Part shown: one piece after another, positions 26,418-35,500 of the stretch
Numbering within the stretch: the stretch's first letter is position 1
Layout: each line of letters opens with the position of its first letter
From: a virus
Direction: 5' to 3' (one strand)
IMG/VR virus record: IMGVR_UViG_2843860951_000002
Location: 16,041-80,040 of that record
DNA: 64,000 nucleotides
Made by a program: the position numbers and the translations under genes
Notes under the pieces: generated by a model
Database searches by the model: none
The model's input: only the letters and a program-made list of their open reading frames with translations
Told to the model about the DNA's origin: nothing

Positions 26418-26535
26418 TTTGCACGGAACTGCACGGAACCCGCACGGGTGAGTGATCCGCACGCACGGATCATCTCCCCTATAGGGTTCCGAGATCCATG
26501 CGCGCGCGGATTTGCACGGAACCTGCACAGATCAT
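26418..26535. repeat. Candidate satellite replication origin
   Basis: GCACGG at 26421, 26431, 26442, 26463 and 26514; hairpin TGATCCG-N6-CGGATCA; palindrome CCCTATAGGG; directly after the helicase gene. Confidence 0.6.
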
Positions 26536-27740
26536 TCCTCCCCTCCTCCATCAGTCCAAACTACACAGGAAGGCTTTCCATCGGGGGTTCGTATTCCCTG
26601 AGCAGTACCTCGGTTATCACGCCTAAATGTCGCCACCTCATATCCCTCGTGGAGTAGATCGTTCAGAACCTTCTTCTGCCCATCAGCCGTGCTTACGCCA
26701 CAGTCAGTCAAAAGCTTCCTGATAGACCGTTGATCTTTTGACAATTTAGGGCTCCAAGGGCCTACAGGACTTCCTTTCGCGACCCCTGCTTCAATAAGGT
26801 TCATTTGCTCCAATGAGACGCTATCCTGCGGAGGCATCCATGGCTTCATGACTGCCACTCGGTCACCATTATTTAGTTCGTAAGACTGCCGTTCAAACCA
26901 TTCTTCCTTGCCGATCGGAGCCGCATTGATCTTGGCCCCATCGACGCGAGAGAAGAACCGCCTATGGTCAGCCGGTAACCCAAAGTTTTGTGCTTCTGCT
27001 TCTGACATAACACTAACCGTCAACACTACGCGGGCGGCACCAACAACGGCAGATGCACCTCGGGACACGTCAGGATCTCCTGGAATGGCAGCTACTCCTT
27101 TCCGTGTATGATGCAAGAGAACGACGGCCATATCATACCGCACAGCCAAGGCACGGAAATGAGCCATTACCTTGCGAACTGCAGTATTGTCGTTTTCTTC
27201 TGCTTCATGCAATTCAACCAACGGATCCAGCATCAACACATCGGGCCTGCGCTTTTGGATTTCAGCTTCCATTTGTTTCATTGCCGGAGTGTCAAACATC
27301 TCTTTGCTATCTTTCTCCTGCTCAAGCAACGTTCCGATAGTCTCCGTGCCTACGCGGGCAACATACCCATTCAAATCTGCCGGGCACTTACCCATGAACC
27401 GCAAAGCAGCAGAGAACCGCCGACGCTGTTCGTCACGATCATCCTCAACATTGTAAGTCATGACCTTCATGCGCTTATCTGGGGTCAATCGCCCATAGCT
27501 CTCTCCTAGTGCAAGAGACGCTGCCCATCCCACCATTAGGCTTGACTTCCCCGAAGCAGGTGCACCCACCACAACAGTGACAGCACCACGCAGGAGGATC
27601 CCAGAAGCTACCCAAGGGCGGGAGGGAATATCGTTTTCGTCCCAGTTCTGATCATCTATTACAAGAGGGAGAACAGGCGTATGCTGCTTATTCTGCGCTT
27701 CAATTACGCTTTGGTGGACAATTTCTCCGATTTCATTCAT
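26532..27740 (-). CDS. RepA-like replicative helicase (AAA_25 type)
   Basis: Walker A GAPASGKS, NVED, LMLDPL, LLHHTRKG, SRGASAVVGAAR. Confidence 0.88.
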   Translation of the reverse strand: MNEIGEIVHQSVIEAQNKQHTPVLPLVIDDQNWDENDIPSRPWVASGILLRGAVTVVVGAPASGKSSLMVGWAASLALGESYGRLTPDKRMKVMTYNVEDDRDEQRRRFSAALRFMGKCPADLNGYVARVGTETIGTLLEQEKDSKEMFDTPAMKQMEAEIQKRRPDVLMLDPLVELHEAEENDNTAVRKVMAHFRALAVRYDMAVVLLHHTRKGVAAIPGDPDVSRGASAVVGAARVVLTVSVMSEAEAQNFGLPADHRRFFSRVDGAKINAAPIGKEEWFERQSYELNNGDRVAVMKPWMPPQDSVSLEQMNLIEAGVAKGSPVGPWSPKLSKDQRSIRKLLTDCGVSTADGQKKVLNDLLHEGYEVATFRRDNRGTAQGIRTPDGKPSCVVWTDGGGEE

Positions 27741-28519
27741 CCACCCATCCTTGCCCTCAACGCAGATGCGATGGTCTTTTCAACTTCAGTTGCACTTAGG
27801 CCTGCTTCTAACCCAGCAGCCGCCATGACAACTGCAATTTCATTGGCTGATAGATAACCTTCGGCAATGAACCTTCCTAATGCAAAGGTTTCGGCATTAA
27901 GAGTTTGATTTCTTAACCCATTGCCTGCGGTAGCAACCTGCCGAGCAGCTGAACGAAGAGCAGATTGGACATAGCGATTTGCGTTTTCTATGCCGTGTTG
28001 CAATCTTTCAAGTTTAGGTTTGGGAGGTGGCGAAGGTGTTGCAAGTTCTACTAGCCATGCCGGCCATTGCTGGATGCGAGCACGCTCAACTATCTCTAGC
28101 CCAGCCGCAGGCCACCAAATGATATATCCTCCATCAGCCCTAACATCCACGCCCGGCGCTATCCGGCCGGCACTGTTCCTCATGCCTTCTCGGTGCCTGA
28201 ACAATAAATGAAGCCCCCCAGAACGGGTGCGATTAATCCGGGTGCCGGTCAGTCGGGCGCAGTGTTCTTGGTAAAAATCGTCACCACCCTTTCCCCAGTC
28301 CAGATCAAGTGCATCAAACCCAGACACAGAACCTGTAACTGCTCCAATAAGAGCCCCTGGATGAGCGCGCCAGAGCATGGCAACAGTTTCCGGGCATTTG
28401 CTCGACAATTTAGTCCATTTGCAAGTAGGTCGCTTCTGCTCATCACAGGGGAATACCTGTACCCCGCAGCGCGCTAATTGTTGGGCATAGACCACAACAG
28501 AACCATTTGCCGTAGTCAT
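27737..28519 (-). CDS. Bifunctional primase/polymerase (Prim-Pol) with primase C-terminal region
   Basis: VFPC..KRP, ALDLD, RTRSGGLHLLF, GVDVRADGGYI, GLRNQTLN..F.LGR; start MTTANG by ATGA overlap. Confidence 0.88.
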   Translation of the reverse strand: MTTANGSVVVYAQQLARCGVQVFPCDEQKRPTCKWTKLSSKCPETVAMLWRAHPGALIGAVTGSVSGFDALDLDWGKGGDDFYQEHCARLTGTRINRTRSGGLHLLFRHREGMRNSAGRIAPGVDVRADGGYIIWWPAAGLEIVERARIQQWPAWLVELATPSPPPKPKLERLQHGIENANRYVQSALRSAARQVATAGNGLRNQTLNAETFALGRFIAEGYLSANEIAVVMAAAGLEAGLSATEVEKTIASALRARMGG

Positions 28520-28716
28520 GACTGCCCCGCTTCGCAGTTTTTCAACCACTGGCGCAGCGTTTCAGGTCGCGCACAAATAGTCTTCCCAATACGAAAGCAT
28601 GGGATACGCCCCTGCTCATTCCAATAGGCAACTTGACGAGGAGATGTGCCGAGGAACTCCGCAATCGCTCTCGTCCCTGCTAGAATTTCGACAGAGAAAG
28701 TAACACTATTTTTCAT
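28516..28716 (-). CDS. AlpA/excisionase-like winged-HTH protein
   Basis: G.RAIAEFLG.SPRQV.YW...GRIP.FRIGKTICAR...L.QWL; first gene inside the right att. Confidence 0.8.
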   Translation of the reverse strand: MKNSVTFSVEILAGTRAIAEFLGTSPRQVAYWNEQGRIPCFRIGKTICARPETLRQWLKNCEAGQS

Positions 28717-28841
28717 GTCGCAGTTTGCCTGATATTTGTCGCATGCATGCAGCACGGAAATGCCGTGCATTGTCGTAACTCCTTGGTTTTCATCGTTCTT
28801 ATCGAACAGAGCGAATAGGCAAGAAATCTCACGACATTTTT

Positions 28842-28854
28842 TAAGTTATTGATT
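28842..28854 (-). promoter_or_regulatory. IHF-consensus site in the right att arm
   Basis: TAAGTTATTGATT, reverse complement of 15376-15388. Confidence 0.75.
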
Positions 28855-28879
28855 TTGTTATAATTATTGAAGGATATAA

Positions 28880-28892
28880 ACACATTCCGTGA
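28880..28892. repeat. Satellite att site, xis side
   Basis: ACACATTCCGTGA; core TTCCGTGA at 28885-28892. Confidence 0.88.
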
Positions 28893-29199
28893 CCTGATTG
28901 AGGTCCATCGTGTTACCGAACTGCGCAATTTCCAGCGTGTACTGTTCCACAGACCATTCCGTGGGAGACATGCCGTTATCGAAATTGCTGTTGGCCGCGG
29001 GATTGAGCGGAGTTTCAACCGGAGCCAGCAAACCACGACGGGTGTCCGTAATGGTCTGACCGATACGAGCCGGAAATTCCATGCGGTCAGCAACGGAACG
29101 AAAGCCAAGTTTGGATTCAAGGCTGGCTTCAAACGCACGGGCCAGAAAGCCCTGCTGGATAATGGGTTGTAGTGCTGCGGGGAAATCGGCAATTGCCAT
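28885..29199 (-). pseudogene. Major capsid protein, 5' part (codons 1-105)
   Basis: MAIADFPAALQPIIQQGFL.R.F...L..KLGFR..ADR.EF..IG.TIT.TR; follows the scaffold gene; frame diverts into element sequence (CVYILQ*) right after the att core. Confidence 0.9.
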
Positions 29200-29279
29200 T
29201 TCGTTATCTCACTGTTTGCAGAGTCATTGCTACAGCGCCCGCAGCATCAGCCGCTGGGCGAGACTGCATCAGCAGTCGG

Positions 29280-29924
29280 TTAGGAGGGTGTAAAAAGTTT
29301 GGGGTTAAGCCCTGCTGCCTGCGCTTTGGCTGCCACTTCTTCTGGCGTTGCCTTACGCGCATTAAACGGTTCAGCCTTACCCGGCTTAGGGTCTGGCGCT
29401 GTTTTGGTGGTGCCGGTTTTGGTGCCGGGTTCAACGAGTTGAGTGAACAGATAGCCACGGCTTTCTTTCGCTGCGTCCATCACAGCATCCAGCCCTTCGA
29501 TCTGCCCATTCTCGCCCATCTTGACCTCAGAAAGATCAATCAGCCGCACCACATCATCGGGAGAAACAGCGCCCAGCTTGGTTGCCAGCGCCTTGGCTTC
29601 TGCCCGAATGACGGCCTGATCCGCTTGCGCCTTGGACTGCGCGACTGCCGTTTGCGCCTCAGTCTTCGAAGCTTCAACGGCCTGCTGTGCCTCAGCCAGC
29701 TTACCTTCAAAGTCGGACTTCTGCTGCGCAAGCTGCCCTTTGAAACCATCACGGGCTTTAATGGCCGCATCACGCTCAGCGCGCACTGCATCCCCATCTT
29801 CCCGCGCGGCCTTAAGTTCATTGCGCAAAGTCACAATGTCAGCACGCGCACGCGCCAATTCACGCGGCGTGTTAGGGTCAGCACCACCGTTCCCAGCATC
29901 AGCCGGGTTTGCATTGTCGGACAT
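29280..29924 (-). CDS. Capsid scaffolding protein
   Basis: Ala-rich coiled coil plus C-terminal D.VRLIDLS.VK..E.G.I.GLDA.M...KE.R.YLF; lies between portal and capsid genes. Confidence 0.8.
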   Translation of the reverse strand: MSDNANPADAGNGGADPNTPRELARARADIVTLRNELKAAREDGDAVRAERDAAIKARDGFKGQLAQQKSDFEGKLAEAQQAVEASKTEAQTAVAQSKAQADQAVIRAEAKALATKLGAVSPDDVVRLIDLSEVKMGENGQIEGLDAVMDAAKESRGYLFTQLVEPGTKTGTTKTAPDPKPGKAEPFNARKATPEEVAAKAQAAGLNPKLFTPS

Positions 29925-29944
29925 CAGTCCCTCACTTTTTGATT

Positions 29945-29966
29945 AAAAAAAACCGGCATCAGCCGG
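29945..29966 (-). terminator. Intrinsic terminator between portal and scaffold genes
   Basis: CCGGC-TGAT-GCCGG followed by T8 on the minus strand. Confidence 0.6.
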
Positions 29967-29971
29967 AAGCG

Positions 29972-31489
29972 TCAGGCCGTAACCTGATGCGTCTCTGTTT
30001 TCCCAACACCTGCCGCCGTGCGCACCGCTTTGGTCGCGGGTGCGTCTGCATTTCGAACAGCTTGTATTGTTGGGTCTTGAAGTTCTGCCTGCACCCGCAC
30101 CCACTCAGTGGCCGGGTCAGCACAACCAGTCTTGGCGGCGAATATCGAACATGCGCTTTCGTTCGAAAGGATACCGCCCTTTACCGCTGTCACAAGAGCC
30201 TGTGACAACTGCAAAATCTCACCATCAGTTGCGGGAAAATACGGCGGCCATTCCAACGCCAGACCAGCATCATCTAGCGTGACACGCTCGCCATCAACCT
30301 GAATACCACCCTCAATTGCCAGAGAGAAATCGCAGATCATCCGATACAGCGAAAGTAAAGCACCTTCGCCATAAGACAGACGCATCCGGTCCGCGAGCCA
30401 CACGAGTGACTGACACATCATCTCCATAGCCCGGCCAGATTGCGCAGCACTGATCTTATCAGCATGCGCCCTGTTGCCGTGCAGGATTTCCAGAACCAGC
30501 GCACGCAATTCGCGCCAGTATTCCATCACCGTGCCAGCAGAACTGCCGTTGATCTCCAGCATTTTCGCGCTGGCTTTCTCGGGCAGAACAATCGCCGTTG
30601 CAGAGCCACCTTCGCTGGCTGGTGCATCACCACCACCCGCAGGGTCGCCACCTACACCAGTAATCACCAGCTTAGGGTCAGAGCAGTATTTCAGACCACG
30701 TCCAACCTGCGAAAGCTGGTAATCACCCTCAATAACCGTATCAATCGCACGCTCAAAAGTGCATGGCCCATCTGGATCCTGCCCTGGCGGCGCTAGGTTT
30801 CGCACCCACACAATCGGCACAAAGCCCAAGCCGTGCGGCGGACCGCTGCGCTCAGTATCCACTTCCGGGTCAGCATCACTGGTTGCTAGCCATGGCTTGT
30901 AAACGCGGCTTTCAGTTCGCGTCCATTCACGGCGATACCAGTAATCGACAGCGTCGCTTCCCTCTGGAATAGCATACCCCAGAGCACGCACCTGACGGCC
31001 CTTGATAAGATACTGGCTGACAACCTGCGCCAGATCACCCTTGGCGTCCCATTCAGGCTCCAGATATGGCGTATCCAGCACAGAAACCGACAAAGCCCCG
31101 TCAACCGCCTCAACCAGCAATGCGGCAGAACCGATAGAGCCTTTGAGAACGGCTTCCATTAGAACCGCAGGCAACTGGCACTCTCGTGTAATGCTGGAAA
31201 GTGCTTCTGCTGTGTCAGGGCTATCGCATTTCAGTGTTGGCCAATGCGTTTCACCGAATGTCAGGCTGGCCGCATCCTCAACCACAACTGTGCATAGATG
31301 CGAACGCACAGACGGCCTGCGCTGGGAGAGCGGGATATACTCATCGTTATTCCACTCTTTCGAAAACGGATACGGCAGCGCGTCATACATCGTGCCGTCA
31401 CGCACAGCAGACAGACGCAGCAACCGCTGGGCGCGTGCAGATACCTGCTGCGGCACCAGAATTGTTTCCTGTAATTCCTGCCAGTCCAT
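29972..31489 (-). CDS. Portal protein
   Basis: 505 aa right after TerL; HGLGFVPIVWVRN, LKYCSDPKLVI, SAAQSGRAMEM. Confidence 0.82.
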   Translation of the reverse strand: MDWQELQETILVPQQVSARAQRLLRLSAVRDGTMYDALPYPFSKEWNNDEYIPLSQRRPSVRSHLCTVVVEDAASLTFGETHWPTLKCDSPDTAEALSSITRECQLPAVLMEAVLKGSIGSAALLVEAVDGALSVSVLDTPYLEPEWDAKGDLAQVVSQYLIKGRQVRALGYAIPEGSDAVDYWYRREWTRTESRVYKPWLATSDADPEVDTERSGPPHGLGFVPIVWVRNLAPPGQDPDGPCTFERAIDTVIEGDYQLSQVGRGLKYCSDPKLVITGVGGDPAGGGDAPASEGGSATAIVLPEKASAKMLEINGSSAGTVMEYWRELRALVLEILHGNRAHADKISAAQSGRAMEMMCQSLVWLADRMRLSYGEGALLSLYRMICDFSLAIEGGIQVDGERVTLDDAGLALEWPPYFPATDGEILQLSQALVTAVKGGILSNESACSIFAAKTGCADPATEWVRVQAELQDPTIQAVRNADAPATKAVRTAAGVGKTETHQVTA

Positions 31490-32988
31490 TATCTGCTCAG
31501 TGAGAACCGTTTGTTTGTTACGAAGCGGGCGGGAGCTTTGACCACCGGCCCTGGCGCAAAAGTAAGCCCCAAAGCATCGGCAATATCAGGAGAACGCAGG
31601 CCGCGCTTTTTCATGGCATCCTTGCTTTCCACCAGCAGATTGCCGGAACTGTCTAGGCCGTACCGAACCGTTGAAAGCTCGGCGGCCAGATCTTCTGCAT
31701 TGTCTTTGCTGTCTGCCTGAATGGAGGCATCACCAGTGCGCAGCCAAGCGGCCACCTGCAGCCAGAGATAATCGCGCAGTTTCGCGGGCTTGGCGTCTTC
31801 CGCAACGACCTCATCAGGCGCACGGCAGGCCACGTTCACATCCACGACCGGCAGCTTCTGTTCACGCAACCGATCAGCAACGCCAGCGCCCACACCAACA
31901 ACGTCAACGTAAACGCTGTCAGCCTTCCAGCGGCGAAAGAAATCTGCCGCCATCCCGGCTGTGGCCATCGTATCCTGCTTGGCTCTAATTTCTATTTTCT
32001 CAACACGCGGACCTTCGCGTAGGACAAATGTTGTTCTGTCGTCACCAAAGCGGGCAACGTCCACACCCAGCCTGCGCTCGTATTTTCCGTTCGCTGGTTC
32101 ACGTGCAAGCGCAGCCTCTGCCGTTTCCAACGGAATCAGAACGTCGTCGTCCTGCTTAGGGAAATCCCCATCAGCACGAACGCGAACAACATTTGACCCT
32201 TCCCCATACTTGCGCACCAAATTGGCGCGGTAGCTGGGGTCAACCAACGGGCTGTCAGAACAGCGAAAGTGAAGCGCCGTATACAGCGCCCTGTCCTGCT
32301 TCTGGGAGCGCGCAAAAAAGCCTGTGTTGCGCGTTGGGTTGCCAACCATGAGCAGGCGCGCACCGTGAGAAGAAAGCGCGCCTTCCGCAACCTCGAATAT
32401 CTCGTCGGGAACGCCGCTCGCTTCTTCAATCACGAACATGATTGAGCCGCCAGACGATGAACGCTCTACCGCCCTGTTATCATCCGTGATCTGCACGTCA
32501 GAAGCATGAAAGCCCTGCAATGCGTCAGGAGATTCCCGGCGGCTTGTGCGGGCAACGGCATACCACTCAGCGGGCTGCCCTTTGTCGGATATCCTGTCCT
32601 GATTGCGGTCAAACAGGTTTGCCAGCCACAATTCTTCCGGCAGGCCATCTGCACGCGCTCGCTCTTCAGACCGACGCCCCCACTTGGAAAGCTCTGCCCA
32701 AAGAACGTTGTAAAGCTGCGATGCAGTCGGAGCCGTGCATGGAATGCGACAGTATTCGTAACACTCCAGATGCCACCAGATCGCTGCAGAAGTAGAACCC
32801 GACTTGCCGACACCATGACCTGCCCGCACCGACACCTTGGCACCCGGCGGGGCAATAGCCTCCAGCAACTGACGCTGTTGAGTAGTCGGATTAAGCCCCA
32901 AGCGCTGACGGGCATACAGAACAGGATCTTTACGCCAGATACCGCGCAGCTTGCGGTAATCAGCAATATCAGCCTGAGTTAGAGCCAT
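31489..32988 (-). CDS. terL: Terminase large subunit (helper)
   Basis: VSVRAGHGVGKS (Walker A), VIEEASGV (Walker B), LGVDVARFGDD, RSPDIADAL; start set at MALTQ. Confidence 0.93.
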   Translation of the reverse strand: MALTQADIADYRKLRGIWRKDPVLYARQRLGLNPTTQQRQLLEAIAPPGAKVSVRAGHGVGKSGSTSAAIWWHLECYEYCRIPCTAPTASQLYNVLWAELSKWGRRSEERARADGLPEELWLANLFDRNQDRISDKGQPAEWYAVARTSRRESPDALQGFHASDVQITDDNRAVERSSSGGSIMFVIEEASGVPDEIFEVAEGALSSHGARLLMVGNPTRNTGFFARSQKQDRALYTALHFRCSDSPLVDPSYRANLVRKYGEGSNVVRVRADGDFPKQDDDVLIPLETAEAALAREPANGKYERRLGVDVARFGDDRTTFVLREGPRVEKIEIRAKQDTMATAGMAADFFRRWKADSVYVDVVGVGAGVADRLREQKLPVVDVNVACRAPDEVVAEDAKPAKLRDYLWLQVAAWLRTGDASIQADSKDNAEDLAAELSTVRYGLDSSGNLLVESKDAMKKRGLRSPDIADALGLTFAPGPVVKAPARFVTNKRFSLSR

Positions 32989-33442
32989 CTTCCTGCAATG
33001 CCGCGTTGAGCAAGCCGGAAACACCGCCGCCCTTCACTTCTATCGGGCCACCGTCTGGTCCGGAATGCTCTTGAGTAATCTTATCGCGCCATTTGTCTTT
33101 CTGGCGGTTTTTTAGCCAAAAGATACCTGCTGCAGTATCGGGGGGATAATGCTCTTCATAATCAACAACCAAAGGGCGTCCTTGATCATTAAAGATCTTC
33201 ACCGCCTTATGAGAATACCCAAGAGCGCGCTGGAAAAGGCGATCAGCCACCTCAGCGTCGGCTAAATCTTTCCCCTTTTTTATGGACTCAAGAAATTCGG
33301 GATGCGCAGATTTCCAAGCATTTATTGTCTGCTCACTTACCTCGAAAAAATCTGCTAAATCCTGATCTGTCGCACCGAGAAGGCACAACTTCCTTGCCTG
33401 CTCAGCAAACCCTTCTTGGTACTTGCTGGGCCGTCCGGCCAT
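32969..33442 (-). CDS. terS: Terminase small subunit (helper)
   Basis: MAGRPSKY...A.KLCLLGATD..LADFFEVS..TI..WK..HPEF..IK.GK..AD; PPDTAA.IFWLKNRQ..WRD. Confidence 0.88.
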   Translation of the reverse strand: MAGRPSKYQEGFAEQARKLCLLGATDQDLADFFEVSEQTINAWKSAHPEFLESIKKGKDLADAEVADRLFQRALGYSHKAVKIFNDQGRPLVVDYEEHYPPDTAAGIFWLKNRQKDKWRDKITQEHSGPDGGPIEVKGGGVSGLLNAALQEDGSNSG

Positions 33443-33586
33443 ATCCAACACTCCAGAATGAAAAATGCGCTTCCTGCCTTAACGCTGCTAATTTAAGGCG
33501 GCACGTTTTACCCATGCCGTTGACCAATACCTACTACACGGGAGCCAACGGTTAGAGAGAACAGGATTGCGATGTGCGCTACATCG

Positions 33587-33919
33587 TTAAGAGTGGCCGC
33601 CCCCGAAACTGTTTTCGAATTGCTGCAACATTGCTTCACGCTGAACACGCCCATCGACTGCAATCAGCAGCGCATTGGAAACGCGGCCTGATACATTCCC
33701 GCGCATCAAACCAAACCGTGGCCAACACCGAATACGCACATCAGGACGAAGCCCCGCGCTCGCGCATTCCATCATAGACAGCGGCAAGTCTGCACGGTGC
33801 CATGTATTTTCTGTTGCAGGCATGATGTCGCAAAGAAGCGACAGGCCGGACACAATACCAACACACAGGGAATCACGGCGCTTGAAACGCACGATGTCGC
33901 CACGCCTGAGTATCTGCAT
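33587..33919 (-). CDS. Hypothetical protein with a weak PemK/MazF-like pattern
   Basis: RRGDIV start; HR..L.L.....GL...V.I.C; G.V...L...V. Confidence 0.45.
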   Translation of the reverse strand: MQILRRGDIVRFKRRDSLCVGIVSGLSLLCDIMPATENTWHRADLPLSMMECASAGLRPDVRIRCWPRFGLMRGNVSGRVSNALLIAVDGRVQREAMLQQFENSFGGGHS

Positions 33920-33987
33920 TTTGTCCGGGCAAAGAAAAAGCCGCACTGTGGCGGCTTGTGAACATAAGTCTTGCGATGATAATGTTT

Positions 33988-34566
33988 TTATACTGGAAAA
34001 GGTACCGGGGTACAAGTTTCTTTTTTAGACTTCTTCGTGAGCCGTTCGTTTTGATAGAATTCAGATAACTGCTCTAGAACCAATGCGCATTGCGCTGAAA
34101 CTTTCTTACGCGCCAGATCTGGAGATATACGAGGAAATAAGGCACGCCCCATCGCGCTAAACGATAGCTTCTCCAGCAACATACCTTTAAGCCTCAATTC
34201 TCCGCACGCTCCAATGGCTTGACGAACATCATACAAATACCCCACAGCATCGCCACGCGTCATCAGCCATGAAAGAGCATCGTGCTTAATTTCTGTATTG
34301 GGCAGGTGATTTTCAGGAAACTCCTTGTACCCATCATAAGCAAATATCCACGTGCGCAACCATCGATCGGCTGCGTTGACTTCATCTTGCGAGATATCCC
34401 CTGCGTTGAGCATTGCATCAACAACAGTTTTTTCACGTGTAGGGCGTCCACCCGCAAACATACTCTTCGCCGCCCGTTCAGGCGTAGGCCCATTATCCTG
34501 AGCATGTGGGATAATGTAGCGTGGTTTTGTTGCGACCTTCTGCATATTACCCACCCAATCCTGCAA
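33988..34566 (-). CDS. Putative late-gene regulator
   Basis: Last early gene before the packaging genes; C-terminal HTH-like segment; function from position. Confidence 0.45.
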   Translation of the reverse strand: MQDWVGNMQKVATKPRYIIPHAQDNGPTPERAAKSMFAGGRPTREKTVVDAMLNAGDISQDEVNAADRWLRTWIFAYDGYKEFPENHLPNTEIKHDALSWLMTRGDAVGYLYDVRQAIGACGELRLKGMLLEKLSFSAMGRALFPRISPDLARKKVSAQCALVLEQLSEFYQNERLTKKSKKETCTPVPFPV

Positions 34567-34977
34567 TAATTTCGAAAAACGCCAACACCAGCCAGAGGCC
34601 GATCACGATGCGTGGCGGTGTGCGGTCAGTCGCGCGCATTCTCGACCAGCTCTTTCTGCGCATCAGTCAACGGCACACCAGCCCGCACATTCTGCAACGC
34701 ACAGGCCACATTCCAATCAACCGGCGCTGTGTATGTTTCCACATTGCCGGGCTTTAGAAAGTCTGGGAGGTTTTCGCGCCATTTCATACGCAGATGGAAT
34801 CACAAACCGCCCAGAAAGTACAGGGGAAACAGCAGCCAAAAGAAAAGCCGCCCAGTGCGGGAACACTGAGCGGCCTTCTATTGGATTTGTGCCTTAACTG
34901 AACGGAGACGGTGATTGACACACCGAACATCTGTACAGAAAGCCACGATACCTTTGACGAGGGTTCGTAAGCTTTCT

Positions 34978-35178
34978 TTACCGTACATGATACGATTGTA
35001 CAACCCCTTTCGGTCCCTTCATCCAATCATCCCGGAGCGGCAGGATTTCCTCATCCAGTAATCCCGGCTCTGGCTCGTGTATGGGCGGCAGATCGGCGCG
35101 TGTCTGCTGTGTGACATCACGCCGGTTTGTCGGCCATTCGTGCCAGCCTATTAGGTCAGTTTTTGCAGTAATCATCAT
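34978..35178 (-). CDS. Small hypothetical phage protein
   Basis: Coupled ORF in the replication operon. Confidence 0.45.
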   Translation of the reverse strand: MMITAKTDLIGWHEWPTNRRDVTQQTRADLPPIHEPEPGLLDEEILPLRDDWMKGPKGVVQSYHVR

Positions 35179-35392
35179 CTAGTTCCTCAAACCCCAAAAA
35201 ATAAAACTCTCCGCCGTCCTCTGTCTCAACGCCGAGTTCATAAATCCCATTTTTATGCGGTGCCCCCTTCGGCCTAAACCGGACTACGTATCCAGTTGCG
35301 GTGTAAGGAAGCTCCCGCCATTCGCCATCAAGCGGGCCGCCTACCATCAGGACTTTTGAGAAATTCCGGCCCCGGCTTGCCAATTCAGACAT
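35156..35392 (-). CDS. Small hypothetical phage protein
   Basis: MSELA start; VGGPLDG motif common in small phage ORFs. Confidence 0.5.
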   Translation of the reverse strand: MSELASRGRNFSKVLMVGGPLDGEWRELPYTATGYVVRFRPKGAPHKNGIYELGVETEDGGEFYFLGFEELDDDYCKN

Positions 35393-35500
35393 ACCCCTAA
35401 AACCCCCATATCTTCCCGCAGAGTGTGCCGCAGCCATTCATGCGGTCATTTATCGTCCTCATGCTTGCGCCGCACTCTCCGCGAAACCTCGCGGCTGTTT

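Larger units (their letters stand above)
15349..28892. mobile_element. Satellite-like integrative element (13,536-bp excised circle) inserted in the helper capsid gene
   Basis: att core repeat, integrase at one end and xis/prim-pol/helicase at the other, own terminase and partial tail module, no capsid or portal gene. Confidence 0.92.

Noticed and set aside
15349-28892. Insert as an intron or intein removed at RNA or protein level
   Set aside because: No RT, homing nuclease or Hint motifs; it has an integrase and att sites, and a stop codon follows six codons into the insert.
15349-28892. Insert as a second complete prophage or a capsid-forming PICI
   Set aside because: No capsid, portal, protease, tube, sheath or lysis gene was recognised within it.
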